A stretch of DNA of 63,810 bases, filler included, from Reticulomyxa filosa (lineage: Eukaryota > Protista > Foraminifera), in NCBI GenBank assembly GCA_000512085.1. It is 18 parts of 18 records of this genome, joined end to end, with 100 filler letters (N's around TTAATTAATTAA, not from the genome) between each part and the next. Parts side by side here need not be neighbours in the genome. Positions count along the whole stretch, not along the records: positions 1 to 8,473 come from ASPP01006358.1; positions 8,574 to 25,121 come from ASPP01001562.1; 16 more parts are not named here. One strand, 5' to 3'. How positions within the stretch are numbered: position 1 is the stretch's first letter; the number at the start of each line of letters is the position of its first letter. Both the position numbers and the translations under genes were made by a program. Below, piece by piece: positions 1 through 11,414 of the stretch. The notes under the pieces are model-generated. The model worked only from the letters and a program-made list of their open reading frames with translations, did no database searches and had not been told where the DNA came from.

Positions 1-1369
1 CGCGCGCGAGCACATACCACGTCAACAAGTTGTGACTGGCCAGTGAGACAGTTCCTCCTGACCTGATTGACAGTGTTAATGGGAAGTGGGAATGATCCCG
101 CCCGGCCATGGACATCATCTTCCCCAACCTGCAAGTAGGGAGAGTTATTGTTCATTTCGCTGGCCGGCGAGGATACGCTTTTGTTTGCAAAGGCATTTAT
201 AACTAAGCTCCCTTTGCTGTATCTTCTTTCTTTTGTTGCACGAGGCATAACAAAACAAAACAAAGCAAAACAAAAATGAACAATTGCAATAGACCCATTC
301 AAACAACAACAGTAAAACAATGAAAATGGATCGAATGAAAGTGTGTAAAAACAAATGACAAAGCATCACATACACACCATTGAGATGCAAAGCACGTAAG
401 TTTTCCGTCGAAAGAAACATGGAGTCATTGGTTCGATTCTGTGAATCAGCGGAGTCAGCATGATTTTGTTTGTGTGCGAGTATGTACAAGTCGTCCACAA
501 GTGGCGAGTTGTCTTCAGGCGACAACGCCGGCGGGGTGGTAGAGTCATCCCAATCTAAATTTATTTGCTCCACTTCCACTGTGCGTGCTGACGCGACACT
601 CACGTTGTCATCTTCATCACTCCTGTTGTTTTTTTTTTCAAAAAAAAGACCAAAAGAAGGTCCGTCCGATTGATTCTTCGTTTGTTTAGAAGATTGGGAG
701 CATTATGTTTAACCTCCTTTTTTTTTTATATACATATATATAATGTATATAAAAGACGATTATATATATTATATATTTTGTAGGGGGTAACATAAAAAAA
801 AAAAGGCTTAAACTCGTCATCCATCAAAGTGCTCGTAATAACTGCTTTCAAATAAATATTAGCAATGTTGCTGTAACAAAAAAAAAAATAAATTATTTTT
901 CAAACCAATCAAAAAAAAAAAATTTTGTTTATTTTCTTTTTTTTTTTAAAAAAAAAAAAGAAATCTCATCCTTAAAAAAAAAAAAAAAAAACGACAATTC
1001 ATTTTTTAATGTGAGTAAATAAAAGAACTTTATAAAACTAACAAAAAAAAATAATTTTTCTTTTTTCAATGATTGCTCCTCTTCCCCCCCCTTTTGCTTT
1101 GGACAAACCACTTAGTGAAATGAATATCAATGGACGTCGGCTCTTTGCATTGGGCGTAGTCTTTCAAGTCTAACTTGGCGGCGCCGACGGTAGAATGAGC
1201 TTGATTATTCCCATGAACTTGTTTGAGCAGTATTCGACACTGCTTGCTCATGTATTCCTCGCTTTGCTTATATTTGATCAACACGCATTTCAAACTTAGT
1301 ACTTCTGGCTCGTTCCACATAATTCTATTCTTTTCTATTGTCGAAGTGCCATTTGTATTGCCATTGCTA

Positions 1370-1409
<40 letters not shown>

Positions 1410-1602
1410 CGCTATTGCCATTGCTATTGCTGTTGCCATTGGTAATACTGTTGCTATTGCCAGTGCTACTCACTATCGCATGTCGAGATTCTATTGGTTC
1501 GTCATGTCCGCGTTTCCACACTGCATAAAACTCACTTTTATTTGGCAATTTGTTTCGGATATTTGCCGGAACAACTACTTCGTTTAAAGTTAAGTCAAAC
1601 AT
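1..1602 (-). CDS. NT-C2 (EEIG1/EHBP1-type N-terminal C2) domain protein, multi-exon, 3' end beyond window
   Basis: ATG at 1602 (MFDLTLNEVVVP). FYAVWKRG...IMWNEPEVLSLKCVL...KQCRILLKQ...TVGAAKLDLKDYAQ...IHFTK matches the NT-C2 pattern. GTTTGT donor near 1108; later exons near 812-872, 375-620 and 1-230. Confidence 0.75.
1369..1408 (+). repeat. (ATT)n trinucleotide run encoding poly-Asn in the NT-C2 gene
   Basis: Tandem attattatt run; minus-strand ORF reads NNNNNNNNNNNNN. Confidence 0.9.
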
Positions 1603-2186
1603 TTTTTTTTTTTTTTTTGTTTTCGCTTTTGTCGTGCTCCCACAACTACACAACACACACGCAAACAAAAATGCAATAGACTCGCAGCTACTTTGCTGCA
1701 AACAATCGAACTTGAAAATTTACACGGCACTATTTTTTTTTTAAAGTGTGATATATTTGTAAGTTGACGCTAGCTTTTCAACAGTTATTGATGTAAAAGA
1801 ATGCCAACCTTGTTACTTTTCTTTGAGGTCATCATCCAAGAAAGACAATATTTAAATCGGATATATTCAACTCCTGAAGTTTGAATTCTTTTCCCTTGGA
1901 TTTCTTTCTCCTTTCCTGTTCTCATCTCCCTCTTGTCCCACATCTTCCACTTTAATTCATTTGTACAAATGGAAAAAAGACAACAAATAACGGAATAGTG
2001 TCGAATCGATGAAAGGAAAACATACAAAACTGTTTGCTGCTATGTTCATTCAAAGAAAATGCCACACATGTCACAAAAACATCCTTGTACAACAGAAAAA
2101 ACTTTTTGACATTTTCTATTGATCTGCACCAAGGTTTTTTTTTTTGAGGAATGCGACTTGTTGATAAATTTATCTCGTTAAAGCAC

Positions 2187-3217
2187 ATGTCAAAACTTTC
2201 TCAAAAAAAGCGTTGGGAAATATAAGTCTAGAGAAAAAGTCAGTGACTACACATTCATTGGATAATGAAGAGAAATACTTTACCAAAGAACACTACCGAC
2301 AAAAAGTATGGTCACACATGGAGCACAATAACATAGCAGCATTCCCTCGTCCAGTATTTCACCGGATTCCGAACTTTGTTGGCAGCAAAAAAGCAGCACA
2401 AAATCTTTTGAAAATATCAGAATTTGTGGAAGCAAAGATAGTTAAATGTGGACCAGACAAAGCACAGCAATATGTGCGTGTATTATGTCTGCAGCAGAAC
2501 AAGAAATTACTAGTTCCTTGTCCGCAAATGCGCCACGGACTTTTTTATATGATAGAAATCCCCCAATCCCGAGTGAAAGAATATATGAGTAAATACGGGA
2601 GTTTGGACGGCTTGTATGAATATGCAAGCACACAAAAGGGTATGAATGAGTTTGGAAAGGAGCTTTCAATCAAAGACATGCAAACTCAAATCAAAAAAAT
2701 TGATGTTTGTATTGTCGGCAGTGTGGCAGTGGACAAGAATAATGGCAATCGTATCGGAAAAGGGAAAGGATATGCAGACATGGAATTGGCTATTTTGTCT
2801 GAGTACTGCCAATGTATTGATCCGAAAAGCACTTGTGTCATTACAACTGTTCATGACTGTCAAGTATTTGACTGTTTGAACATTCAACCGATTGACAAAC
2901 AACAGCAACAACAAGGACTCCGATTGGATTATATTGTTACACCCACAAAAGTTATTCGAATTAACAAAGACAAAAATGATAAACATATTTATTCAATTGA
3001 CTGGAACCGCGTCACGTCACAACAATTACAAAGCATACCTATTTTGGCACAATTACACACGCTACAAACCAAGCAAAGTGTTAAAACTAATAATCTTGAT
3101 GCTATGTCAAAGACGCAAATTTATACAAACTCAAATATTGATAACAAAACAAATGTCGATACTCAACGTTGGGTCCCTAAAAATTCTATTTTAAAAAAAC
3201 AAGTTGATAGATGGTAA
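2187..3217 (+). CDS. MTHFSD: Methenyltetrahydrofolate synthetase domain-containing protein (5-formyl-THF cyclo-ligase family)
   Basis: [82 protein letters not shown] and DYIVTPTKVI. The likely ATG at 2187 is one base out of frame across an A7 run. Confidence 0.9.
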
Positions 3218-3891
3218 TATAAAAAATAACACAAAATAAAATTTAAAAAATTGCAATAATATATTGTATTTTTGCACTTTATAAAAATATACTTATGCTA
3301 TGTCATATACCAAAATTGTGATACGAAATGTTTTATCTTTTGAACAAATTTCAATAAAAACATACTATAATTGAAATTTACTTTAAATAAATTTTTTTAT
3401 TAATAAAGCGCTAGTATGTTTGTAATGTTTAATTGAAAATGAAATTGTTCCAAGATTTTGATCTTTGAAATAGTTTATATGCAGTTACTAAGAAGAAAAA
3501 GCTAAATTAAAATATAGTCATACAAATTCAATATTTGAATTTGCAAACATTTACAATATTTGACATTATATAATTATAAGAAAGTTATCTTTTCATGTTA
3601 AACATACATTAACTTATTATTTAAATAAAATAAGTTTGAAAAATAATTATAAAACTGTGCATTTATGTACAAAATTTTTTTGAAATAATTATCTTGTGAA
3701 TCAGCTCAAAGTGATTGTGGACATTTTTTGTTGTAAAAATTACGAAAAATTTGTTATATTTTTGTTCGACGAAACTGAAACACAAGATAAACTACTTCGT
3801 TTAGTTTTCAAAAATTTTTTTTGCCCTTTAAAATTGTTTGTATTGTGTCGCCTCCTTGTCATTGTAATTGTCAATTCCTTGAAAGTAGAAC

Positions 3892-5192
3892 ATGCAAAAG
3901 AACAAACTTTATCGTGAAAAAACAGCCAACACAGTTTTGGTTGTGCCATCAAAAGCTCGCAAATACCGGAAAGCGTTGTACATTTTTGACTTTGTGTTGA
4001 GTTGTTGTGGGTTAGCCTCTTTGATCTTAGCTTCCATTATGCTTTCCTATTCCAACAAAACTTTCTTCCCCAACTGGGTGTTCCAAGTATGTAATATGTA
4101 TTGTCTTTTATGTTTTGTTTTTCTTTTTTGTTTTTTTGAAAGAAAGCAATATTAATTGTCAATCCATAAATACGAGAGACGTAGTTTCCACAATAAATAT
4201 GCATACATGTATAAGTTATAAATTACTATCCAAAAAAAAAAATGATATACGGCATAGGCATTACTGGCCGTGGGTATTGTGACCATCGTTTTGGGGGCAT
4301 TGGGTGGACGTGGAGCTACTGTGTCGTACCGTTGCTTGGAAGAAGGAACACAAAACTTTTGGCTGATTGCAGTTTGCTAGCATTTGTTTAATTTTTAAAA
4401 ATGATACTTTTCTTTCTTACCGACATTGACTATACTAGTGTTCAATTCACTACAATTTGCACAGTTAACGTTTTTAATGGGAACATTGATATTACTCGAA
4501 GCATTAGGATTAATATGGGTTGCTCTTTCCTATAACGTCGTGTCCAATCAATCTGTTGTTTCAGTTTTGTTGTTTTTTTGATAACATAATTTTTTTTTTT
4601 GAAATTTCTTTTTTTTTTTTTTCCCCCTCTCCTTTTTTGTATATAAAATGTGTAAAATAACAATAAATTTGTAGCAACAAAAAGGGCTCAGTGCCGAATT
4701 TGAAAATTCATTGAAGTCGAAATTAAGACAACAAGAAAATGCATGGTGGGACTTTCAAAAGTCGTATTATTGCTGTGGTTACGACAACAACACCATTCCC
4801 GACCCATTGGCCACTGGAAAATACTGCACCACAGGAGACAACAGGTACAACATAACATTTCTTTGTTAAAAAATATTTGTTTACAAAAAAAAAAAAAAAA
4901 AAAATTTCTTTTTTTTAAAGGGTTTGAATTTGGTAAAAAAAATATTTTTATTGTTTTGTATACGTAAATTGAGTAAAAGTGTTGCTTTTCTTTTCTAGCT
5001 TTCTAACTTTGTGTGTGTGTATGTAGTGCACCTGCATGCAAAACGAAACTGTGGAAAGACGTGGCAAACCAAGCTGTCCCAATATCGGTATTTATTGTCG
5101 CGTTTTTATTGATGCAACTGTCTGTCTGTGTTTCTTCAGTATGCTTGGCATGCACTATCAAGGCACAAGAGCCCATTTACAGAGACATGTGA
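3892..5192 (+). CDS. Tetraspanin (5 exons)
   Basis: Spliced exons about 3892-4086, 4258-4371, 4465-4554, 4675-4843 and 5027-5192 give four TM helices. Polar E in TM3 (TLILLEALG), large loop with FQKSYYCCGYD...KYC...PAC, stop TGA at 5190-5192. Confidence 0.85.
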
Positions 5193-6154
5193 TGTCGACC
5201 TAAGAACGTGAGAAAGATAACATTCGAACAATACACACAAAATAAACCCCAAAAAAATTTTGGAAATGTATACATCTTTTTTTTTTCTCATATTAAATTA
5301 TGACAATACAATTTGGTCATAAGGACATTGGGATGATATGAAACAATTTTGGCGAGAAAAAAAAACATCAAGTTTTTTCAAGGATAAAATTTATTGTCAT
5401 AAGTGGATGGGTCGAATTTCAATTTGTCTTTTTCTTGTGAAATCTTCCCACCCGTCGTTGGAATTGCTTTTTGGCACTGTTTTTTTTTGGTCCATTTTCT
5501 CAATTAAAAAAAGAACCACTTTTTACTTATGTCAAAAAAAAAGCGCTGTTGTTTTTATTTTGAGGAATTAAAAACATCTTTGGCAGCGAAATGAAAAAAT
5601 CTTTGATGATACTTTCCTAATCTGCAAAAAAAACAAATATGGGAAATTATTTTCAAGTTTTTTTTCTTTCGAAATCATAGAATAATTCAACAAATTCGAA
5701 GATTTGGGCGAATAAACACGAAAAATACTACTCGTAGCTATCTTGAAATCAATATTGTTTCTCAATACAGAAAACGGAATATGCTTCATTTTTTATTTTA
5801 GGAATTGTAGAATGTTAAACGGCTGTTCAAACATAAGCTTTGAGTGATTGTCTCATGGCAATATCTTAGATATAAATAATAGTTTGATAATAAAATAAGG
5901 ATCAAAGCATTTAATCATAAAAAATGAAAAAAAAGTTTTTAATGGACTCAATCTTAGTTTTGCTCAATATTATTCTAGCGAAGCTTTTTGAACATTTTTC
6001 TTTTTGAAAGACAAGCAAAAGCAATCTTTTGATATTAAAAACCTTGACAATATGTAAATATTTTGTCTATGAAGACGCACATATGTTTAACGATAACAGA
6101 AAATATCGACCTCTAGCTGTCCAACTAAAAAAGGAAAGGTTCTTAAAAGTTGAA

Positions 6155-6931
6155 ATGGCATCTATACAACAATTTGATAATGATTTGGAGAGTGTAACTA
6201 ATGAAGTGAAGACACTTTTGAAAAAAAGATGCAAAAAGATACATAAGAGAGAAAGCCAAAATGTGGACACAGAAAAAGCAGAGAGCAAGCGGGAAATAGA
6301 AATAAAAAAAGGATGTTCGTCTTGTGAGAGCATAGTAAGACATGTGGCAAATGAAATGCAACGGATTAATAAGAAATACAAAAATAAGATTGAAGAAAAG
6401 AAAGGACCACCTCGCAGGAATGTGAGTACAAGCAATAAAAAGAAAGATAAAAGCGTCAAAAAAAATAGAGAGAGTTGTCGAAATGAGACAACGAAACAAA
6501 AGAGACAGCAGCCAAAGAGAACACGTCTGCTCTATTATTGTTGTCCATTATTGACAATGTTGTTATTAGTATGTAGTACGTTATTTTTTTGGAATATGGA
6601 AGAATTGAGAATGTTAATGGAGACTTTCAACGATTGGAAAAAACTGCATGGGAGGCAATTGGAGAATGAGCTGAAAATGCAATTAGAAATACAAACTATC
6701 AACTTCAAACTCAATCTCGCCACAGAAAAGCTGATAGCTGAAAATAAGCATATTGAACGTATGGCTTTGATACAATTTGCCGACCGTTCCATCAAAAAAT
6801 TTATTGACAGTAACACTCGTAAAGTACAAAAATGGTCGGTTCGACCCTGTATTTGGGAACACAGACTGTCGAAGAATTCCAAACTTTGTTTGATGAACAA
6901 ACTCTTACCGACTTTCGACATGAGATCTTAG
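6155..6931 (+). CDS. Hypothetical single-pass membrane coiled-coil protein
   Basis: Long Lys/Glu-rich ORF with one hydrophobic segment (LLYYCCPLLTMLLLVCSTLFFW). Start and 3' end uncertain. Confidence 0.5.
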   Translation: MASIQQFDNDLESVTNEVKTLLKKRCKKIHKRESQNVDTEKAESKREIEIKKGCSSCESIVRHVANEMQRINKKYKNKIEEKKGPPRRNVSTSNKKKDKSVKKNRESCRNETTKQKRQQPKRTRLLYYCCPLLTMLLLVCSTLFFWNMEELRMLMETFNDWKKLHGRQLENELKMQLEIQTINFKLNLATEKLIAENKHIERMALIQFADRSIKKFIDSNTRKVQKWSVRPCIWEHRLSKNSKLCLMNKLLPTFDMRS

Positions 6932-7620
6932 GGTTCATTGGCGGAGCTTATAATCCAAACACTGTCATGAACCTGCCTAGTCAATCTACTGACCGCTCAA
7001 GCAATCAATGATACCAATGATCAAAGTGTTGAAAGTTAATGATTACTTTTTTTTTTTTTCCTTTTTATTGTTATTTCTTTAGGATCAGAATAATAACACA
7101 ACTTTATTTGCAATCTAATTGCACAACTTTTTTTTTCGTGTTGTGTTATTGGGAGGAAATTTTACAAAAAAAAAAAACAAATGGATATAATAAGAGTAAA
7201 ATTTTTTTTATACTTTAATTTAAAACACACTTTACAAGTTCTCGTTCGTGCTCGTTAGTTTTTGTCGGTTTTTTCCAACACATTACTATTATTATTGTCA
7301 CTTTTTTTTTTTCCTCTCACTTTGGTTGATACATTGTTATTTGCAACATTTAATTGAAAGAAAAATGAAAAAATTTGATAAAACTATGAAAAAGCTAAGT
7401 CATCGAGACTGCCACAAGTTTTGTTGAAACAAACGGCGCACATTTCTCAACTAATAAATAAGTTTTAAACAGCAACAAAACAAAAAATATTGTATAGTAA
7501 AATTGCAAAGGTTCTTTCAAGTCGATTTTCTTCTTTAGAAGATTGTTGATGAATGTTTCGGTAGTGGATCTTTCATATTGTTATTGCAAGCGATATATCT
7601 AAATTTGTGAGAAAAAAAAG

Positions 7621-8436
7621 ATGGCATTATTACATTTGATTGTCCTTTTATTATCACAACAGCTGACACAAGTAGAAGCGGAAGAAATAGCATTTCAAAA
7701 TGAAACAAAGCTGGAAGAATTGATGCCAAAAATATTGAACAATGATCAAAATGCAACAAAAAAAGCCTTTCAACTAACATACACTACCCTATTTGAATAC
7801 ATCGACGATCAACCTTCTTTCAGTTTGTTTGTTGTTTTTTTTTTTGTGCATCCACCGATCAAAATCGATAACGAATAAAAGCCAACAATGACAACAAAAA
7901 AAAAAAACGCCTATGTGTTCCTTTGACGTATAAAAAAGCAACAAAAAAATGATTGAATGGGCATGTGTTTGTGAACTTGCAGCGAGTGTGGAATGTGAAT
8001 ACTCAGAGGCATCGAACAGCATGACGCTATCTGGACACGTCTATTCGATGAAAAAAGTAATACGACAAGACACAGCGGAATGGCTAAGTTGTGGAAGTGC
8101 AATATCATTGCCAATAAATAATCTGATCGAAATTGAAAGCGACACGTTAACAAATGCAACTTGGTTGTACTGCAATTACTTGCATTACAACAACAACATC
8201 ACCATCCAAGGCATCAGTTACCAAGACATGGTTCACTTCTCATTGTTCTCCCAAAACAGCACCAATGTCCGACAACTGGCGCCTGTCGTTACTAAACAGT
8301 GTTCCTCTCCTTGGTTGCAACTGCACATGAACGTTCATCCCCCTTTTTCTTTCACCTCCCAGAATATCACTGGGTACACTCAGTCCAATGTGTCCTTACC
8401 ACGTTGTTTGCTATATCGTCCAGTTTATGTTTTTTT

Positions 8437-8473
<37 letters not shown>
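7621..8473 (+). CDS. Hypothetical secreted or membrane glycoprotein, 3'-truncated
   Basis: Signal-peptide-like MALLHLIVLLLSQQLTQVEA, GTTTGT donor near 7823, second exon about 7940-8420 with several N-x-S/T sequons. Confidence 0.45.
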
Positions 8474-8573
8474 NNNNNNNNNNNNNNNNNNNNNNNNNNN
8501 NNNNNNNNNNNNNNNNNTTAATTAATTAANNNNNNNNNNNNNNNNNNNNNNNNNNNNNNNNNNNNNNNNNNNN
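8474..8573. other. Artificial contig spacer N44-TTAATTAATTAA-N44 (first of 17)
   Basis: Identical 100-bp blocks with stops in all six frames start at 8474, 25122, 28747, 34827, 37979, 40447, 41690, 43186, 44531, 47889, 49195, 54624, 57094, 58471, 59676, 61329 and 62711. Confidence 0.99.
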
Positions 8574-8575
8574 TT

Positions 8576-8612
<37 letters not shown>

Positions 8613-8662
8613 GGGGGCTTTGTTCAGTGGACCACTCACCCACTTTAAAAAAAAAAGAACTG

Positions 8663-9226
8663 TCAATGTGTACCTGTCGGTGTGTTGTCTTTGGGCATAT
8701 GCTTTTGGAAAGCATTAAAAACATTGTCCATATTTGTTGTCGCGCACGAATCGTTTTGGGGGTTCAGATTATTCTGGAAAAATCCGAAATCCTGGAAAGG
8801 GTTATCCTGCTTCGCAATGTTATTTGTGGCGACAGAGATCAATTCGTCGATGACAGCAGTCTCCTGATACTTTTTCGCGTGTTCAAAGGCCGTCAGGGCA
8901 TTGCTCGGATTTTCAAGAGCTAAATACGCTTGGCCGTATCTCATCCATGCTTTGTGTCTCGCGTCGGCGTTGCATGGCGGAGTCGACGGATCTGAGATTA
9001 TCTGCTGACAATATTCTATACACTCGTCGAAATTACCCAGTTTCAGATACACCAGCGCTATGTTGTTCACAAGCTTAAACTCCAAATCTTTGTTTGCATG
9101 TGCATCGTTTCCTTGTAGTGACCGCAGCGTTGCCAAACTTATTGTGTACGGACCTAACGCTTCGCTATACTTTTGCTGTTTAAATAATGCTTCACCTTCG
9201 TCTTTTGAGGATACGATTATATCCAT
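8663..9226 (-). CDS. TPR-repeat (co-chaperone-type, 3 TPR) protein
   Basis: KDEGEALFKQQKYSEALGPYT, NNIALVYLKLGNFDECIEYCQQII and KAWMRYGQAYLALENPSNALTAFEHA. May continue after an intron at the contig end. Confidence 0.8.
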   Translation of the reverse strand: MDIIVSSKDEGEALFKQQKYSEALGPYTISLATLRSLQGNDAHANKDLEFKLVNNIALVYLKLGNFDECIEYCQQIISDPSTPPCNADARHKAWMRYGQAYLALENPSNALTAFEHAKKYQETAVIDELISVATNNIAKQDNPFQDFGFFQNNLNPQNDSCATTNMDNVFNAFQKHMPKDNTPTGTH

Positions 9227-9906
9227 ATTTTCTTTCAGTTCTTTTTTGACAGACAAAACAAAAGAAAAAGGGTTGTTTTTCGAAAGTGTTTAAAAACTAA
9301 TGTTATACTTTTTTGCCGTGGCGATTAAATAAATTTTTTGATTAGAATGAAATTTGGCCTTATTTACAATTTTAAAACATGTTTTTATTCAATTTATTTG
9401 TTACTTTAGGAAATTTCTTTAAGTTACGGTTACTCCGTCCGTGTGCTTGTATTATCACCTTCCTTACAAAAAAAAAAGACATTTTTTGTGCATCATTTTA
9501 ATCTGATAGCATTGTTTATTTTGGGATTAAATTGTCGACTTCATTCAGTAAAATATTTGGAAATTTGCACCGCCTAAAAGCAGAAACATATGTAATAATA
9601 ATCTTGTTAAAAAAAAACTAAAATTGAACAATGAAAGAAGTTTGTCCATACATTTGAAACTAACATTTTAAATAGGAGAGACAAGTGTATTACACTGTGT
9701 AAAACACATGCAAAAACTAAAGGACTTTTTTTAAAAAAAGCAAGAGGGGGAAAATAGAAAACGAAAGCAAAAGTGAATTTGCAAAGGGATAAGCTAGACG
9801 CGTCATACAAAGAGAGTACAAGAAACGTTAGTGGAAGAAAGAAAAAGGGCAAAAATAAAAAAAATGACAAAGCTAAGCAACTAAGAGACTAAATATTAAG
9901 CTTTTC

Positions 9907-11149
9907 TTATAAAGTTTTTTCTTTGGTGGCAGTAGCCAGTGTTGAAGTATCGATAAGGATATCATTCCCAAACATTAAAACATGTAAAAAAGCCCAAGCC
10001 CTCCACCAGAAAAGGGCAAAAATGGCATCAGTGAGCAAGAACATGTTGTGCAAAGGACTCCAAAAGTACCACCGAAGTGTGTGGCTGCATATCCACGGGG
10101 TCGCCGCGGCGTGCAAGAGTTGAGCGATAGCACACGTGATCGCAAAGCGACATATCACCTTCAGATGCTGATTCGCAATGTGCGTGATCTTGAGTGGGCT
10201 GGTTACATGGGCCGTCGGCTTGTCTAGCGTCGAAAGGATAGGCTGGTCCTTCTTGTCGGAAACGGGGTCTCCGCTTTTCCAAAGTTTGTCGACGACATAA
10301 AGTTTGATACAAATGTATGCCATCGGCAGGACTCCCAATACCCAATACAACATAATCTCGTAAATCCATTCCATCCTTATCACTTGCGCACACGCGCTCA
10401 CCATCAGCACGGACACAAACAGAACCAATTTCTTGACGTTACTTTGCATAAAGTATCCGAGCAATGGAATGCTGCGCGCGTAACGAGCGGGCACTGCTTT
10501 CGGCTTTTCATCGACGACTTGCTCCTCGTTCAGACGTTTCATTATCAGGTCTGCCATCTCGATTATGCTGATCGTCCCAAACAACCCACTTGCTGCTGTG
10601 GAACCACAATCCACCATTGCCATGTACTTTTTGATTGGGTCACCCTTTTTTTTTTTTTTTTTTTTTTTGTAAAAAAGAATTTTCTTGAGAAAAAGGGGGG
10701 GACAGACAAAAGTCCTGATAGTATTACTCAACTACATCGAGCACACAGTGGAAAAAGAGCCCGGAGGAACACATCAACGCGTATCCCAAAAAAGATAGGA
10801 TTAGCGAAAAACAGAGGTGAGGTACGTGCTTATAGTAGTACAACCACACTGGAAGGGACAAAAAGAATAACGATACTCCCAACACACATAACACAAATAC
10901 GAGTGGAAAGCGAATTGTACTTTCAATTGACGTGTCATTACAAAATAAAGAAAGGGTCGCTATTGGACATTCTGCCAATCCTGAAATGTTACGCACTAAA
11001 TCGTTGTGATACACAAGGTGACCGCTCTTGCGGAAGAAACCAAAATGAGGATGAAACAGATGATCAAACACAGTGATGTTGGAAGCGCCAACTTCAAACG
11101 TTGAGCCTTCTATATAACACCATAGTTGCTTCAACAAATCTTTACCCAT
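9907..11149 (-). CDS. Multi-pass membrane protein (2 exons), possibly CREST-like
   Basis: Exon 1 from ATG 11149 and exon 2 from about 10643 to stop 9907 give about 6-7 hydrophobic helices with polar intramembrane residues (SSGLFFHC, MVDCGST, LHNMFLLTD). Confidence 0.6.
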
Positions 11150-11414
11150 TTTGAAAATTAAAAACTTCGTTTTGAACTTGTTTTTCTTCAGAACTTTAAA
11201 CGTTTTTATTATCGTCGTTTGTGTCCTTTAAAGGAGACGTAATACGGTTGTACTGCCAATGAGCACTTACTTCGATTCAGCATTTTGCTCTTTTTTTAAA
11301 AAGAGATACGCAAAAATAAATACAAATCATTACTTGGCGTTTTTGATTAATTTGTTAAAGAGGTTTCCTTGTCTCCTTTGACATGAACTTTTATAAAGTT
11401 CATTCGGAGGAAAA

